Shown piece by piece: positions 1 through 12,400 of a DNA stretch of 64,000 nucleotides. Under the pieces are notes generated by a model, which saw only the letters and a list, made by a program, of their open reading frames with translations, had not been told where the DNA came from and did no database searches. Position 1 is the stretch's first letter. Every line of letters begins with the position of its first letter. The position numbers and the translations under genes are program-made. Source of the stretch: Octopus sinensis (Eukaryota); the NCBI RefSeq assembly GCF_006345805.1, contig NC_043002.1:8308001-8372000 (forward strand). Direction: 5' to 3'.

Positions 1-388
1 AACCACATATTTTCGGGTTCACTTCCACTGCACAGTACCTTGGGTGTCTTCTACAATTGCTCTCAGCTGACGGTCTTGTGAGTGAATTTGGTAGATAGAA
101 ACTGCAGGAAGCTCATTGTAAATGTATGAATGTGTGTGTATGAGAGAGAGAGAGAGTGTGTGTGTGTGCATGCAAATGCACACACACTGATAATACTGAC
201 AGCATTCCTACACGTGTGTCTCGGTCCTGATTTGTTAGGTTATATCTTCCAGAAAAACGGATATTTTTTAATGAAATTTTTTACAAATAAGCTTCAGATA
301 CTTTAGATTCTGATTATATTATTGGAATATATGGTGAAAAATTTGTTTCCAAGGGTGACACGAGGAGTTTTGGAAAATTCACACAGGA

Positions 389-692
389 GGGCCGACCAAT
401 GCTTTGTGAGTGGATTTGGTAGACGGAAACTGAAAGAAGCCTGTCGTATATATGTATATATATATGTGTGTGTGTGTATGTGTTTGTGTGTCTGTGTTTG
501 TCCCCCTAGCATTGCTTGACAACCGATGCTGATGTGTTTATGTCCCCGTCACTTAGCGGTTCGGCAAAAGAGACCGATAGAATAAGTACTGGGCTTACAA
601 AGAATAAGTCCCGGGGTCGAGTTGCTCGACTAAAAAGATGATGCTCCAGCATGGCTGCAGTCAAATGACTGAAACAAGTAAAAGAGTAAAGT
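389..692 (+). mobile_element. SINE family 1 (tRNA-derived, CORE-like, probably octopus OR-type), 5'-truncated copy; a degenerate head lies at 1-122
   Basis: Matches the full copies at 24939 and 37060; internal TA/TG tract; GTAAAAGA tail. Confidence 0.85.
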
Positions 693-805
693 GTATACAT
701 ACTAACATGTCACACATCTAAAAAATGAAACTTGAAATTTCCAAAAAAATTGTTGTGTCAGTATGTATGTGTGCTTACTATTTTTCTTTTTACCTCAGAT
801 TCTGA

Positions 806-1335
806 TCATCATCATCGTCGTTTAACGTCCGCTTTCCATGCTAGCATGGGTTGGACGATTTTGACTGAGGGCTGGCGAACCAAATGGCTGCACCGGGCTC
901 CAATTTTGATCTGGCAGAGTTTCTACAGCTGGATACCCTTCCTAACACCAACCACTCCGAGAGTGTAGTGGGTACTTTTTATGTGTCAGTCAGGCGGTAC
1001 TGGCAACGACCTCGCTTGAATCCTTTTACACATGCCACCAGCACAGGTGCCTGTAAGGTAATGATCACGCTCAAATGGTGCCCTTTTACGTGCCACCGGC
1101 ACGGAAGCCAGTTGGCTGCTCTGGCAATGATCACGCTCGGATGGTGCTCTTAGCACCCTACTAGCACGGGCACAAGTGCCAGTAAGGTGACGCTGGTAAC
1201 AATCACACTCAAATGGTGCCTTTCATGTGCCACTGGCACAGAAGCTGGTTAACCGCTCTGTCAACGATCACACTTGTATGGTGCTCTTTGCACCCCGCTA
1301 GTACGGATGCCAGTTATCGAATGTGATTTTGATTC
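806..1335 (-). mobile_element. RTE-family 3' UTR with ~6 tandem modules and (GAT)n tail
   Basis: Same tail as the RT-bearing copy at 56259. Confidence 0.8.
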
Positions 1336-1818
1336 TGATATAATCATAATTTACACACTCTGAAAAGTATTTGTAGAAACCTCCATTAAAAAAATACCTA
1401 TTTTTCTGAAAGTTATGAGGAAACAAAACCAACTCATGTGAATTTTCCAAAATTCTTCTCCCCACCCACAAGAAACATTTTTCACAACATATTCCAGTAT
1501 AATTGGAATCTACAATATCTGAAGAGTATTGGTACAAAATAAAAAAAAAAATAAATATCCATTAGTCTGGAAGACATGAGGAAGCAACACTGGGGGAGGC
1601 AGGGCACATGTGTAAGAATGTCACACTGACATTCATTGTTGACATTTGACAAGGAATGCCAATTGCTCTGTGCTTTTGGCAACTTCTGGAATAAACAATT
1701 TATTAAAGGTAAGCGTTGGTGACAGGATTTACCATCCTTGCTTCAAATAACTCCACATCCAACTCCTGCTAGCATGGCAAAATGGACATTAAACAAAAGA
1801 ATATATATATATATATAT

Positions 1819-2185
1819 AACTTATAAACAAGGGAAAAAGAAAAAATTCTAATGCAAAATATGCCGAAAATAGACAAATCGTCAATAACCATATAATTTA
1901 TCACTATAAGTACGTATTTATCGTTGATGAGGAGAAAATTCTTATGAATTAACTCTGAAATTGGGACCGATACAATAATAACGGTTTACTTCGAGATGCG
2001 TACTGATAATAATAAATTATATGGTTATTGGCAATTTGTCTATTTTCAGTATATTTGGCATTAGAATTTTTTCTTTTGCCCTTGTTTATAAGTTGTTTAT
2101 AGATTTAACCTTTAAAGGTATTTTTTAATATGCTGGCCATTGATAGAATTTTTTTTCGAAATATTTTATCCTATATTAGATGTAA
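1819..2185. mobile_element. Fold-back element in (TA)n with a degenerate hammerhead core
   Basis: Arms 1819-1901 / 2012-2094; tTGATGA-GGAG..AATTC ttat GAATT..CTCT-GAAA at 1924-1960. Confidence 0.55.
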
Positions 2186-3393
2186 ATATATATATATATG
2201 TATATGCAGAAAATGAAAGAAAAGAGAAATGAGGAAAGCTTCTAACAATGCAGAAAGTTTTACAAAAAAATGTAAGAAAAAATCCTTTATATTTCGGGCC
2301 CAAAGGCAGTCAAAGCTATGTATATTTACATCGATTTTGTTAATTTAAAGGGCTCATGGTTTTCGGTAAGCAGCAGCACCAACTCTCCGACTGTTGGTCA
2401 TGGTTGTTGTGATGTATTTTCACGTAATGTTGGTTGTGGTAGTGGTGATAGAAGATGGTGCTGGTGGTGTGTTACAGTTGCAGTGATATTCAGATTGAGA
2501 CAGTGAATCAGTATGGCTTTTTTGAGCTGAACTTTTCCTATCTCTTTGGACGTGTTGCTGCATTTGATGAAGTGTTTGCCGAAGACGTGTTGGTAGCAAG
2601 GTGTTCCTTCATTTGGACATGGAATGGTCAGACTGTGCTACCATTGTAATAGTCATAGCATTTGGAGTACTGTATCTGGTATACCATGTATGTATGTAGT
2701 CACATGTTTGTGTTGTGAATATGGCAATTCACTAGTGAGCAGAGCTGTTGTTCTGCAAGTGACCACCTCTTTGATAGGTGTTTACTTAGTGATGGTCCCA
2801 AATGGGCCAGTAGGATGTTGAGGTCTTTCCTGTGAATGGCCTTGTAAATGACAGAAGTGGCCCTCTCATTAAAGTGGGGAAGATGCAGCTCTTAGAGCGA
2901 TTCCTATTGTTATGTATATTTGGCTTGTTTGCATATGGAGTTAACAACATGTGTTCGGTATTTGTTGGTCTCAAGTACCTTTAGGAACTGAGCAACCTGG
3001 CAGGTGTTGTCATTGCATTTCTTGTATATTCAGGTGATCTTGTTATATACTGAACTTAGCCCTGATGAGGTGGGCCAACTTGTAATCAATGAAAAGATCC
3101 TGGTAGGCTGACTTTCAGTAGAACACAGTGTCAATTTTTCCCTCGTCTGTGTTGTTTAATTGAAAGTCAAGCAAGGAGAGGGAACCATCACTGTTTGGGT
3201 GTTCAATAGAGAACTTCATGTATTGGCCCATCTCATTGAAATTCTTTAGTATTGTGGAGGCATCCACATAGGATGGGATGAGCATGAGGATGTCGTTCAC
3301 ATACCTGGTGAAGAATGTGCATGATTGACATGTACTGAGTGCTCTCCACCTGTGGATGTTGGAGGGGATAAGTCTGAGGAGGTGACACATTCC

Positions 3394-3626
3394 TACTTCT
3401 TTACTACTCACAAGGGGCTAAACACAGAGAGGACAAACAAGGACAGACAAACAGATTAAGTCAATTACATCGACCCCAGTGCGTAACTGGTACTTATTTA
3501 ATCGACCCCGAAAGGATGAAAGGCAAAGTCTACCTCGGCGGAATTTGAACTCAGAACGTAACAGCAGATGAAATACGGCTATGCATTTCACCCAGTGTGC
3601 TAACATTTCTGCCAGCTCGCTGCCTT
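3394..3626 (-). mobile_element. SINE family 2 (GGCGGCGAGCTGGCAG head, Meta-domain-like body) nested in the Penelope-like element
   Basis: 9-bp TSD ACACATTCC; body GTCGACTTTGCCTTTCATCCTTTCGGGGTCGATAAA. Confidence 0.88.
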
Positions 3627-3817
3627 AACACATTCCATGGTCAGGTTGACTGAGGGAAGGGCAGAAACTGAGGTGTATAGTGAGGCCACATTTAAGCTGG
3701 AGGTATATCTGTTGCATCTGAGGGTGTTGGGTTCAAGACAGTGCAGTCATTGAGTGACCTCGTCCGGGCTGTTGACATGACCTGGTAAAGTAGAGAGATT
3801 CTGGACAGGGGCCATGA

Positions 3818-4140
3818 TCATCATCATCGTTTAACGTCTGCTTTCCATGCTAGCATGAGTTGGACGATTTTGACTGAGGGCTGGTGAACCAGATGGCTGC
3901 ACCAGGCTCCAGTCTTGATCAGGCAGAGTTTCTACAGCTGGATGCCCTTCTTAACGCCAACCACTCCAAGAGTGTAGTGGGTGCTTTTTACGTGCCACCG
4001 GCACAGGGGCCAGTCAGGCAGTACTGGCAATGACCTCGCTCGAATCTTTTTACGTGCCACCGGCATGGGGGCCAGTCAGGTGGTACTGGCAATGACCTCA
4101 CTCGAATGGCAATGACCTCGCTCGAATGGCAACGACCTCG
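3818..4140 (-). mobile_element. RTE-family 3' UTR copy nested in the Penelope-like element
   Basis: Family match; 2 modules plus a triplicated 20-mer at the 5' junction. Confidence 0.8.
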
Positions 4141-4381
4141 AGGTCAGGTTCCTGCTTATGTCTTGATAAGATGTTAAAATGTAGACATCCTATTGTTGTG
4201 TATGGTGAAGATCTTTTTGATCCTTGCTGGGAGTTTACACCGATTACAGATATTTGTCCAGGTGTTGTTGATTGGGTCCTCCAGTACAGTTGCAAACACT
4301 TTGCCAAATGCAGCAACATCCAACAGAGAGATAGACGCCTCCATACAAGCCTTGATGAAGAATGCAGGAATTCTGCTTTAA

Positions 4382-4819
4382 GCATTCCATATAACTTTTT
4401 GTGTCTTTGTGGTCTCTATATGGAAATTCATGATTATGGAAAAAGAACAAACTTTTTTTCAATTTTCAAATTTAAAAAAATTTTTTAAAGATTTTTTTTA
4501 AAAATCAGAGCTTAAAATACAGACAGTCCAAATTTTGGGCTTAAATCGTGACAATAGACCATTAAATGTGTTTCTGGGGAGAAAGATATTGAAACACATT
4601 AATATGTTAGTGACAAAAACAAAAAAAAAAAAAGAAATGAGGAAAGTATCAGGTGGTCATGAGATGTGCTAAAAGCAACAGCTAAGTAGTCATTAGGTCA
4701 CACACACAAAAATTTTTCTTCTTTTGTTATTTTTCATAATCGTATGAATTCCTGTGTGTAGAACACATATTTGCAAAAATTCAAAAAGATAAAAAAAGTT
4801 ATGGGGTTATATGGGGTAC
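4382..4819. mobile_element. Degenerate TTAA-flanked inverted-repeat element (Kolobok-like)
   Basis: TTAA on both sides; imperfect long TIRs CCATATAAC. Confidence 0.5.
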
Positions 4820-4950
4820 TTAAACCAGATTCCTATTGCTATGTATATTTGGTTTGTGTTTGCAGATGGAATTAACAACAGATGTTGGGTATCTGTTGGT
4901 CCCAAGTACCTTTAGGAACTGAGCAGCATGTATCCTGGCAGGTATTGTCA

Positions 4951-5144
4951 AAGGCAGCGAGCTGGCAGAATCGTTAGCACGCCGGGCAAAATGCTTAGCG
5001 GTATTTCGTCTGCCGTTACGTTCTGAGTTCAAATTCTGCCGAGGTCGACTTTGCCTTTCATCCTTTCGGGGTCGATAAATTAATGTAATTGACTTAATCT
5101 GTTTGTCCCCTCTGTGTTTAGTCCCTTGTGGGTAGTAAAGAAAT
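4951..5144 (+). mobile_element. SINE family 2 copy (internal deletion)
   Basis: 11-bp TSD AGGTATTGTCA (4940-4950 / 5145-5155). Confidence 0.88.
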
Positions 5145-5317
5145 AGGTATTGTCACTGCATTTCTTGTATATCCAGGTGATCTTGTTATGTAAACAGCTG
5201 ATCTTAGCCCTGATGGGGTTGGGCCAACTTGATCCACTGCCTCAACCTGAAAATCAATAGCTGATCTGAGATGGTCCAGTGGCTCCTATGGATACATAAT
5301 TGCAACTATGACTGACA

Positions 5318-5863
5318 TATTGTCTGGAAGCCGTTCAGCGATGTGCAACCAAAAGAATACCCTCCATCGGGCATTTGCCATATTCTGAACGCCTTACTTC
5401 CCTGGGCATGGACACTTTGAAACCCCGACATCTGGCAGCTGACTTGGCAGACACCCATAAAATTATTAACCATCTTACAAACAACAACTCTGAGCACCTT
5501 TTCAAACTCCACCTGTCTTAACACCCGTGGACATATTTACAAAGTAAGAAAACAGCACAGCTCCTTCCATGACTTTCGGAAACATTTTTTCACGCTAAGA
5601 GTTGCTGAAGCATGGAACAAAACTGCCAGCATCAGTTGTTCGTTGTCGGAGCACTGCATCCTTCAAAACTTCCATGCTTCCTGAGATTTGCCAACACTAC
5701 ACCTGATTTTCTCCCCTCCATACACACACAAGCATGTATCTGACTCATACACTGTTCGCTTTCCAGACATTTGTACATTACTGCATATACTTTATACGCA
5801 CTTTTGACAAATTGTGGTGCACCTGAGCACTGTATACAATAATTTCATTATTATTATTATTAT
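5318..5863 (+). mobile_element. CR1-clade LINE 3' end with (ATT)n tail
   Basis: LEAVQR..TK, Y.ERL..L, TRGH.YK, FF.LRV...WNKLP ORF2 C-terminal motifs. Confidence 0.88.
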
Positions 5864-6090
5864 ATGCTGCCACCACATGTTGGAGAGTTGCTACTGCTGC
5901 TGCTGAGCCATTTATATCAGTGAAATCTATGTAAATCTACATATCTTTGCCTTCTTCTGAAGATGGGCCTTTGCACCCAAAATATAAAGATGTTTTGTTT
6001 GTAAAACTTTCTGTATTGTTAGAAGCTTTCTTTATTTCTCATTTCCTTCATTTTCTCCTCTGCTACAATGCTTCGAGTGAACTATTTGCT
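5864..6090 (+). mobile_element. Penelope-like terminal (pLTR) fragment, inverted relative to 2200-2400
   Basis: Reverse-complement similarity to the 3' end of the PLE; hammerhead-like core at 5957-5990. Confidence 0.6.
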
Positions 6091-6099
6091 TTCATATAT

Positions 6100-6440
6100 C
6101 ATCATCATCGTTTAACGTCTGCTTTCCATGCTAGCATGGGTTGGATGATTTTGACTGAGGGCTGGCAAACCAGATGGCTGCACCAGGCTTCAGACTTGAT
6201 CAGGCAGAGTTTCTACAGCTGGATGCCCTTCCTAACGCCAACCACTCCGAGAGTGTAGTGGGTGCTTTTACGTGACACCGGCATTGGGGGCCAGTCAGGT
6301 GGTACTGGCAATGACCTCGCTCAAATCTTTTTACACGTGCCAGTGAAGCGACGTTGGTAACGATCACGCTCGAATGGTGACCTTTTACGTGCCACGGGTG
6401 CGGAAGCCAGTTGGCTGCTCTGGCAACAATCACGCTCACA
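6100..6440 (-). mobile_element. RTE-family 3' UTR copy
   Basis: Family match. Confidence 0.8.
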
Positions 6441-6939
6441 ATATCCACATCAGCCCTTTATGAAGTAACAACTTCAACGCAGACCCAGATTCAAGAAAAA
6501 ATGAAGTTGGAGAAAATACTCGTATATCATCAAGTGTTGAAGAATTCAAACATTTTTTTTTGTTGATACTTAGATAACCTTCTCACTCATAATCTCTTTT
6601 GTATATTCTGACCTAAAGTAATAATTTTCACTCTTATTAAGTGTAATTAGAAGACCTGTAGAGTAATTAATAGATATTATCACAAGTGAATTCAATGTCC
6701 TGTTCTTTGGAGATGCTGCTTTGCCAAAGAAAAAGAAATGTTTTGAAATAAGCACTAACAGAACCTTTATGCTTTTGGTAAATCAACCCCACTTAGGAAC
6801 TCACTTATAGGACTATATCACAGTAGAGCAGATAATATTGTATATTAGATATGGAAATGTAAGAGACACTCTAAGGCTACATGGCAAAGTTGAATAAAAG
6901 GAGATGCGTTTCAGTAATGCAACCACCTGGAATTTGCAT

Positions 6940-7475
6940 CACTTGTCTGGAACCCCTATCTTGCCCAGGATATTAATCGTCTGGAAGCCGTTCAGCGACG
7001 TGTAACCATTTGCCATATTCTGAATGCCTTACTTCTTCCCTGGCCATGGACACATTGAAACTCCGTCTGGCAGCTGACTTGGCAGACACCCATAAAATTA
7101 TTAACCATCTTACAAACAATAACTCTGAGCACCTTTTCAAACTCCACCTGTCTTAACACCCGTGGACATATTTTACAAAGTCAGAAAACAGCACAGCTCC
7201 TTCCATGACTTTCGGAAACATTTTTTCACGCTAAGAGTTGCTGAAGCATGGAACAAATTGCCGGCATCAGTTGTTAGTTGTTGGAGCACTGCATCCTTCA
7301 AAACTTCCATGCTTCCTGAGATTCGCCAACACTACACCTGATTTTCTCCCCTCCATACACATGCAATCATGTATCTGACTCATTCACTGTTCGCTTTCCA
7401 GACATTTGTATACGCACTTTTGACAAGATGTGGTGCACCTGAGCACTATATCCAATAATTTCATTATTATTATTA
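6940..7475 (+). mobile_element. CR1-clade LINE 3' end
   Basis: Near-identical to the 5318 copy; a 50-bp tail stub also at 13165-13216. Confidence 0.88.
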
Positions 7476-8986
7476 TGTCAGGTAAAATAAAACACTCGAG
7501 GAGATAAATGAGATACCTGTGGGGATGAGACACTTTAAAGGTATTTCACATATGGAGATACTTTGGAGATGTGTATTTAATGTTCAAAAAGTCAGTTAAG
7601 AATCTTATCTGGAATTCATTTATTTCAAACTGAAGTTTCAGGTTTGTTTGATATATTTTTTTATAGTACATGGAGAAGGATGTTTGGTCATGTGGCATAC
7701 TTGTCTTTTGCCACACAGCACATTGGTAAAGTTGAGTGAAATTAAATGACTATAACAAGGGACTGAAAAGCAGTCATGCAAAGCCACCTGCAGTTCTTTA
7801 CTCTGCAGTGCTCACTCGAATATAAAGAAGAGGTGTTGATGTGGCAAGAGTAAATTTTGAATTTACTGACCAAGTTAGAGACAATCCAAACTTTAATTGA
7901 ATCATAAGAATCATACACAACTAGCTGTTCACATGATAGGTTAAAAAAGTTGTAGATATTAGGAGAGTTACGTTTTGTCTGTTTTTGTTTTTTTTCAATT
8001 TTGAAAATAGAGATTATTTTAAGAAATCAAGATCAATTTTCTCTCTTTTTTTTCTTTTTTTTTTTTCACTTTGATATAAAGATGGCACTTTTAAGATACA
8101 TTTCATATTGCCATATTCTGAAATTGAGTGAATGGGTGCAGTGAGATTGTTATAAAGATCGTTTCTGAAAATATATTGATACATGAGTACGCTGTTATTC
8201 TTTTGTGGTGACTTTTTCAGGTTCAAAAGTGAGAAAAGGTGGAAGGTAGGGGTTGGGGGAGACAACTTTAAGGATCTCAATGTTCAGACATTCACTCAAA
8301 GTATTTTTTTTTTTTTGGTTTAAAAAAAAAAAATGAGTGAGAAAATTAATGTTTCTGGATGGAAGAATATATTTCATATTTTTACATCATTTATATTCTA
8401 AAGATTATACTGTTTGGTATTACATAATAAATCTTCATTTATAGATTTATGTTAGCTGAAGTTTCATCTTAAAGTTTATATATATATACATACATACATA
8501 CATATATATATGTATATATATTGTGTAGATTCATAGTCCATACAATGAGGATGCAATATAATAAACCCCAACATCTGGGAAGAAAGTAGGACAGACTCTC
8601 AAGGTAGATCCATCTTGCCATCAAGTAGAAAAATGTGAATAAGAAACTGGCATGGTAAAGTATTGCGCAGAATTTGGATAGCATGTCCGTGTATAATATC
8701 AGGAGAATTTATAGAAGTTGAGAACAGTTTACAGCAGAAAGAGAAAAAATATTAAATAAAATAGCTTTCATTAAAAAAAAGAAAAACCCATTAGAATACC
8801 AGACGTACATTTTTTTTTTTTCATTGTATGACAATCACTCATTACATTGTACTCATTTTACAGAAACCATTCTTCATTTAACAATCAATGAACACATTGT
8901 ATTTCATTTATTAAACCACCAAAGACACTTCATGTCATTTTACAAAACCACTGTATTGCAATACAGTTCTTCAGAACTGGAAATTC

Positions 8987-9400
8987 GGATCTTTTCGGTT
9001 TGAACGGCAGTTTTTTAAAATAATTTCCACGAAAAACTAAACACTTTTAAACTTCGTATACTGGTAGAATGTGTTTATACAGCATCTTTTTCTCTTGGCT
9101 TTATTGAGAAAATTCTATTGTTTGTAAGATATTTGTTGTTTTTCTTTCTTCAATTTCTGCCATTTCAACCAATCAATGACGTCTATTGAGGTAAAAAAAA
9201 AAACATTCTGTGCCGTATGAATATGTCCCTTGTTTAAGAAACAGATTGGGTTTATTTACATTTGTGAAGAAAAAAAGATACCCTTCCCCCCACCCCTAAA
9301 ACAGATTGAAATGCAATAGATCGATACTTGGGTCATAATTATGGGTGACAATTTCATATGGCATCGCTAGAAAAAACTGCCGTTCAAACCAAAAAGATCC
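8987..9400. mobile_element. MITE with 30-bp TIRs and an 8-bp TSD (Merlin-like termini)
   Basis: TIR GGATCTTTTCGGTTTGAACGGCAGTTTTTT; TSD GGAAATTC/GGAAATTT. Confidence 0.8.
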
Positions 9401-12400
9401 GGAAATTTTGTTATTTCTATGTTAGAAGAACTGGGGTATGATATGAACATTTTTTTTGTCACACATTTATCCAACATTTGATGTTCTCACTTGTGACCTA
9501 CATTTTGTAATATCCTTCAAATGTTACTCCTTTATGGATGCTATTGTATTAAAGTAGACTATAGACACAGTATTCTGTTGTATTGAGCATCATTTCAGCA
9601 GTTTTATGTTGCATCTTACTCTTTTGCTTAGCGCTCCGTACACACAAACCCCCTATTTCTCTTTCTCGCCTGCTCTCCTTTTATTTCATTCACAAAAGTG
9701 GCACATTAAGTCGCAGCCAATGTTCTAGTACTGAAATACACATAAAACAACCTCTATTCATTAAAGAACCCATGTAATTTTTTTTTTTTAAATCATGTAA
9801 AAAAACATGTTGTAAAATAAATCGAAGACTAATAGATACGATTTGAACCCACATAATATCAAAATTAAAATGAAGGATAAGAGTAGTGCAAACAGTTGTA
9901 ACCAAATGGAATATTTTAACTGTAGTAATTAATATTGCATCTAATTTGTCAAAGGCAAACTTGACCCTGAACTTATTCAATGGACCCTTGAAAGAAGCAA
10001 CAGTAATGTACTACGATAATTACATTTACTATAATCCATTTCTTTAAAAATTGGCCTGTGTGTAGTCAAAAAGATATCACAGTTTCTATCTGTAGGCACT
10101 CTTAATAACCACTCTTAGGCAGAAATGCTCAAAGTGCACTAAAAATCAAAATATATTTTTCAGCTCTCATTTCTGTTAGCAATTAGTAACATGCATTAAA
10201 AATTATTTAAATTTTATTTTGACAATAAGAGGTTAAATTTCACAAACATCTTTCCACTTACTAAATAAAGCTAATCCCCACCCTGTCAAAAAAAAAAAAA
10301 AAAAAAAACATAGTTGCAGGAGTAACCTTAAGCAAATTCTCTTCAAAACAGTATTGGAATTGTCACTGAGTATATATAATTTCTTTTGGGATAAAGTACA
10401 TTTTTATCTCAAGAAATAATGATGATTTCCAAGGAAAAATTATCAAGAACTAGTAGAAAACCAAAGGTACTACACTGAGGGTGTGTATGGCGTTATGCAA
10501 GTAAACAATATTATGTTGGATTCATCCTTTACGAAGGCAAAGTACTCCAACCATGAAACACACACCAGGTCGTTTGACGAAGGTATTACCAGTTCAATAC
10601 ATACTGTTTAGACTGAACATAATGTGCAGGCTATTGACGGTACTTCACACAATACATTATGAATTTATAACAAAACTAAAGACTAAAGTGCCAAAAAGAC
10701 AAAAAAAAAAAAGGATAAAGTAGGGGGTTCTTTATATATGGGAGCACAGAATAGAAATGTAAAATTCATTAAAAAATTATCACCACTATTTAGCATGAAG
10801 CTTCACAACAGAAATTAAAACTATTGTAAAAGTAATTTCACTATTATTGAAAAATCTATTGTAACATTTTCTCTTTGATCTACAAGACCATCACACTTAA
10901 AAGAAAGCATTTTGAAATGCTATCTAGTAATCAATTAAGGATTATGTTCAAATCCCAACAACCCTTCTGAGGTCCAATAAAATAAATAAACAGAAGTTGT
11001 GTACAATTTAATCGGCTCTGTTCTTCCCAATAGAGCATGAAAGGAATCTCATTTTGTGAATAGCCAGACCTCAATAAGCAGGGACTGTAAAAGGTGGAGT
11101 AGGAGGTCAGCTGGTAAATCAGCAGGGAGCCTGGAGAGCCAAGGGAAGACTTGTAATCTGAAGGGCCCCACTTCTTGAAAAATAAGAAGAACCTAGCTCC
11201 CTTGAATTTTGATAGGATTCACCAACTCTGCTGAAACCTCCAGATGTACCTGAAAGCGGTCATGTTCTGCCATGCAAAGTTCTGTTTGGAGGTTCTGGTG
11301 ATAAGAAACCATGTAGTATGTATTCATGTATTTATACATGAATACAGAGAGAGACACACACATACACATTCAAAAACAATACACATGTCTATCGTTATAA
11401 ATATTACTGCATGTTTATATATTAGATCAAATAATGTTTGTATTTGAGGGTAGGTGTTTGTGTACGTGTTGATGCTATCCAGCAGCAATTAATTAAAGAC
11501 CAATTATATAAATAATATTATACAACAGATGTAATTAAGTACAGAGCAATGAGGAACAGCTCCACCATTTCATTTTGCAGACTTAAAAACATATCACATA
11601 AACAACACCGATATTATTGAATAACAACAAGAGAAAGCAAAATAATCAAAATATTCACAAACAGATGTTAAAATTAATTAAATATGCATTTGATCAGGAA
11701 AATATTTAGAAATATTTTCAAGTAATAATTGGGTAAAAAAAAGTTAGATAATTTATAGTCAGTTTGTAAAGAATGATGGGAAGATGAGAGGGTGGGATCA
11801 ATTGATCCCTATCTACTCCCAGAAAAAACACTAAGAAATCCAGCATGAGTTTCCAATATAAGAAATATTAAACTAGAATAAATTGATGAATGAAAAAAAC
11901 GTATAGAATGCTATAAATTGTTTGAAGTTAGAAAGTTGGACAGTCGTGTTGAAACACTTGTTCTTTTTAATTTAAAACTTAATAAATAATTAGCAATTAG
12001 ACAGCAAAACTGATGTGGAAAAGTGAACAAACACAACAACAAAGACATTGAGTAGAAAAGATTAAAAATATGAAATGAAGCTGAAAGATTTTTTGGATTA
12101 GGTAAAGTAAATTAAAGATATAGAATTGCTGCTGAGGAGTCAGTATGGTGCAAGGTTCATATCCTGTGACCGACATTGCATGGTGTGTAAGGCAAAGACA
12201 CGAAACGTTCAAACCTGTCAACGTCTGATGAAATAATGCCATAATAATAATATGTACCTCAACATTGTTTTTCAACTAGCTAGAAATAACAGTCAAATCT
12301 CCTTTATATGATACCCTTTTCTTTTACTACCTTAAACTTAAAAGAAAATGATTAGAAAGCATTTGAAAGTTTTATTTAAGGTTAGAAAGCAACATGGCTA

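Larger units (their letters stand above)
238..1580. mobile_element. Old long-TIR DNA element interrupted by a SINE and an RTE tail
   Basis: Diverged ~145-bp inverted repeats at 241-385 / 1436-1580. Confidence 0.5.
2282..4377 (-). mobile_element. Fragmented Penelope-like element (RT plus GIY-YIG) with nested insertions; a second fragment at ~4824-5310
   Basis: SLNVASLYTSV (RT motif A-like), RYVNDIL...FN...MKFSIE..DGSLSLLD, and VYQIQYSKCYDYYNGST..PFHVQMKEH (GIY-YIG-like) in order. Confidence 0.8.

Noticed and set aside
12132-12232. CTGAGGA...GAAACGTT...AACGTC hammerhead-like motif
   Set aside because: Stem III and GUC are present, but stems I and II cannot form in register
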